Source: Psammoneis japonica
Lineage: Eukaryota
Reading direction: 5' to 3'
Length of the DNA: 64,000 nucleotides
Assembly (NCBI GenBank): GCA_008632985.1
Contig: QPGO01000038.1
Span: 335,939-399,938, forward strand
The notes under the pieces were generated by a model, which was not told the origin of the DNA, ran no database searches, and saw nothing but the letters and a program-made list of their open reading frames with translations. A program made the position numbers and the translations under genes. Positions 61,706-64,000 of the stretch are shown in pieces (the first letter of the stretch is position 1; every line of letters starts with the position of its first letter).

Positions 61706-64000
61706 ATGGCAACAACGACCATCATGATGCAACGACGGCAATGGCTCTTGCTACTTATCATTCTTTCTGTCACGCTATGCACAACATTTTCTTCTTCACC
61801 ACCTCCCTCGTTGCTTGCGAATAAGCACTCTCACACTCGAATCACGGGCTTTGGCAGTCACACTATTTCCAAGTCGATATTTGCGGGTGAAAAAACATCA
61901 CCCCACGACTCGAAAACATTACAAGTCTATCAATCCAAAAAGGATTCATCTTGCTTGTATTTTCAAGCACATCATCATGATCATCAAAAAAATACAACCG
62001 TGTGTCTGACAATATCAGAAAACGGAGAATTGTTGGCTAACACAAACATACCCACATCCTTCAGACGAAACAAACGAAAGAAATGGATTCCCATTGATGG
62101 TTTGTACGGGATTTACAATTTACCTTCGGGAATCATTGTTGTATTGATTACAGGCAGTCATGAGATTTATTCCAATCCACTCATGGGACAGATTCGTCGT
62201 GTCGATTCCATGGAACTCTTGCACCTACCACGCACAACACCAAACAACAACAACAATAGATTAAAGCTGAGACAAATCAAGGAGGAAATGCGACAATTGA
62301 AATTGTTACGACAAGCATTACGACAACACGATTTTTACTACATTCATCACTCCAACAACAACTCAACAAATACAAACAAAATGGACATGACACAAACACT
62401 ACAACGATATTTTCGAGGCAGAAGACAAGAAGAAAACAACAATTCAGCGTGGTGGAACAACACAACCACTATTGATTCTCGATTCTTTTGGAATGAACCC
62501 GCGGTACAACCTCTGCTGGACGATACTACAAACGGTCTTTCTACGCTCTTACCACATGTCCTAATCGTGACGGCCGCCTTTGTCGGAGTCCAAACCAACA
62601 TTACACTGCTCCATGACGCTCAACAACAACAAAACAATGTTGTCTATGATGAATTGTTGATTTCACGCAAGAGTCGATTTCGTGCCGGAACACGTTTTAC
62701 CAAACGTGGTGCCGATGGAACGGGTGCCGTGGCCAATTATGCCGAAACGGAACAATTGTTAGTTTGTTATAATTCCACAAGCAAGACAAGCATGATGATG
62801 ACGAGTCATGTCCAGACACGAGGTAGCATTCCATTGCGATGGTCCAGTCCGGCCGATGTCAAGACGTATCGACCCCGTGTACGGATTGGAATTGATCCAT
62901 TGGCACAAGCACGAGCCTTGCGAAGTCACTTGATGGAACAATGGTCCTTGTATGATTGTAGGAACACGCCCCAAACCAAACACGAACAAATTGTTCTGGT
63001 CAATTTGATTGACAAGCACGGTGATCAAGGACGATTGGGACGGGCGTTTGGAGCAGTGTTGGATGCAGTCTTGGATGTGTACAAGACACGCAACGACAAT
63101 GACACAAGAATCGACTCGTCGCGTCGTATTCAACAGCAATGGTCGGTTGCTCCTGATATGATTCGACACGTGTGGTTTGACTTTCATGCCGAGTGCAAGG
63201 GTGGGCGTTACGATCAATTGAAGTATTTGCTCAAGGATGTATCATCAACTCTAGACGAGCAAGGCTACTTTTGCGCTGTACCCTCCACCAGAAATGACAA
63301 CGAGTGGAACATTACAAAACTCCAACGTGGTGTAGTACGAACCAACTGCATGGATTGTCTGGATCGGACCAATGTCGTGCAAAGCATTTTTGGACGGTAC
63401 ATGTTGTTTCGTCAATTGCAAGAACAGCCTGGAATCGCCGTGACTACGAAAAAGCGAAACTTGCCTCTGGAGTATGCGTCACGGTTTCGACTAGATGGTC
63501 TGTCACTGCCATGGTCGTCGGGAGAAGTGGCACACCGACTCGTGTGGGCCGACAATGCCGATGCCATTTCGCGCTTGTACGCGGGTACTCCCGCATTAAA
63601 GGGAGACTTTACACGAACCGGAAAACGCACCAAGCGAGGTGCGCTCGATGATGGAATGAATAGTTTGCAGCGATACTATCTCAACAACTTTTTGGATGCC
63701 GATCGACAAGAGGGAATGGACTTGTTGGTGGGTTACGCTGATTTTGCCATTGTCGATGATGATGATGACGACGATGGCGATTCCTTAGTAGCTTTAGATG
63801 ACACAGAGGAAACTGCCTCATCTGATGTTAGATCAATGTCGATTCAAGAAGCAGCTCGAGCCATGATGCTGGGTTTACCAACGAGTAGTATAGCAGATGA
63901 TGATGAAAGAAGTCATGCTCGAATCAAGGTAAATTCACAAGGCTCTAGTCGGCGACCATTGGGGCTTCGTTGGTTACCTGGTGACCTTCAGAGTCACATG
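61706..64000 (+). CDS. SAC-domain phosphoinositide phosphatase with a signal-peptide-like N-terminus (runs off the right edge)
   Basis: Translated by hand: LISRKSRFRAGTRFTKRGADGTGAVANYAETEQ, VQTRGSIPLRWS, catalytic RTNCMDCLDRTNVVQS (from 63338), in frame with the ATG at 61706. Confidence 0.9.
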   Translation, partial: MATTTIMMQRRQWLLLLIILSVTLCTTFSSSPPPSLLANKHSHTRITGFGSHTISKSIFAGEKTSPHDSKTLQVYQSKKDSSCLYFQAHHHDHQKNTTVCLTISENGELLANTNIPTSFRRNKRKKWIPIDGLYGIYNLPSGIIVVLITGSHEIYSNPLMGQIRRVDSMELLHLPRTTPNNNNNRLKLRQIKEEMRQLKLLRQALRQHDFYYIHHSNNNSTNTNKMDMTQTLQRYFRGRRQEENNNSAWWNNTTTIDSRFFWNEPAVQPLLDDTTNGLSTLLPHVLIVTAAFVGVQTNITLLHDAQQQQNNVVYDELLISRKSRFRAGTRFTKRGADGTGAVANYAETEQLLVCYNSTSKTSMMMTSHVQTRGSIPLRWSSPADVKTYRPRVRIGIDPLAQARALRSHLMEQWSLYDCRNTPQTKHEQIVLVNLIDKHGDQGRLGRAFGAVLDAVLDVYKTRNDNDTRIDSSRRIQQQWSVAPDMIRHVWFDFHAECKGGRYDQLKYLLKDVSSTLDEQGYFCAVPSTRNDNEWNITKLQRGVVRTNCMDCLDRTNVVQSIFGRYMLFRQLQEQPGIAVTTKKRNLPLEYASRFRLDGLSLPWSSGEVAHRLVWADNADAISRLYAGTPALKGDFTRTGKRTKRGALDDGMNSLQRYYLNNFLDADRQEGMDLLVGYADFAIVDDDDDDDGDSLVALDDTEETASSDVRSMSIQEAARAMMLGLPTSSIADDDERSHARIKVNSQGSSRRPLGLRWLPGDLQSHM

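Overview
Eukaryotic genomic DNA, most likely from a diatom or related stramenopile, judged from short GT-AG introns, CoDi-like Copia gag remnants and diatom-type KatG and chitin-active genes. The window is a mosaic of two sequence states. (1) Ordinary gene-dense DNA: WW-domain cyclin Y-like, AMOP protein, secreted LPMO-CBM protein, SSRP1 with three HMG boxes, membrane-anchored catalase-peroxidase, CtIP/Sae2, Sec10-like, PHYHD1, a long coiled-coil protein and a SAC-domain phosphatase. (2) Five sharply bounded blocks (about 1-3600, 12520-17600, 21860-33150, 38290-42330, 52270-55500) in which TpA is almost absent, CpG is reduced and TpG/CpA is in excess. These blocks contain transposon remnants and intron-containing copies of cellular genes whose Tyr codons have become Cys or His codons. 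In-window comparisons (intact vs dead paralog, two MITE copies, an LTR pair) show TA->TG and TA->CA substitutions directly. This points to a DNA-level, two-strand, TpA-targeted A:T->G:C hypermutation of repeats and silent gene copies, opposite in polarity to fungal RIP. I do not know of a description of it, and it is the top candidate for a new system. All assignments were made by eye; no searches or counts were run.
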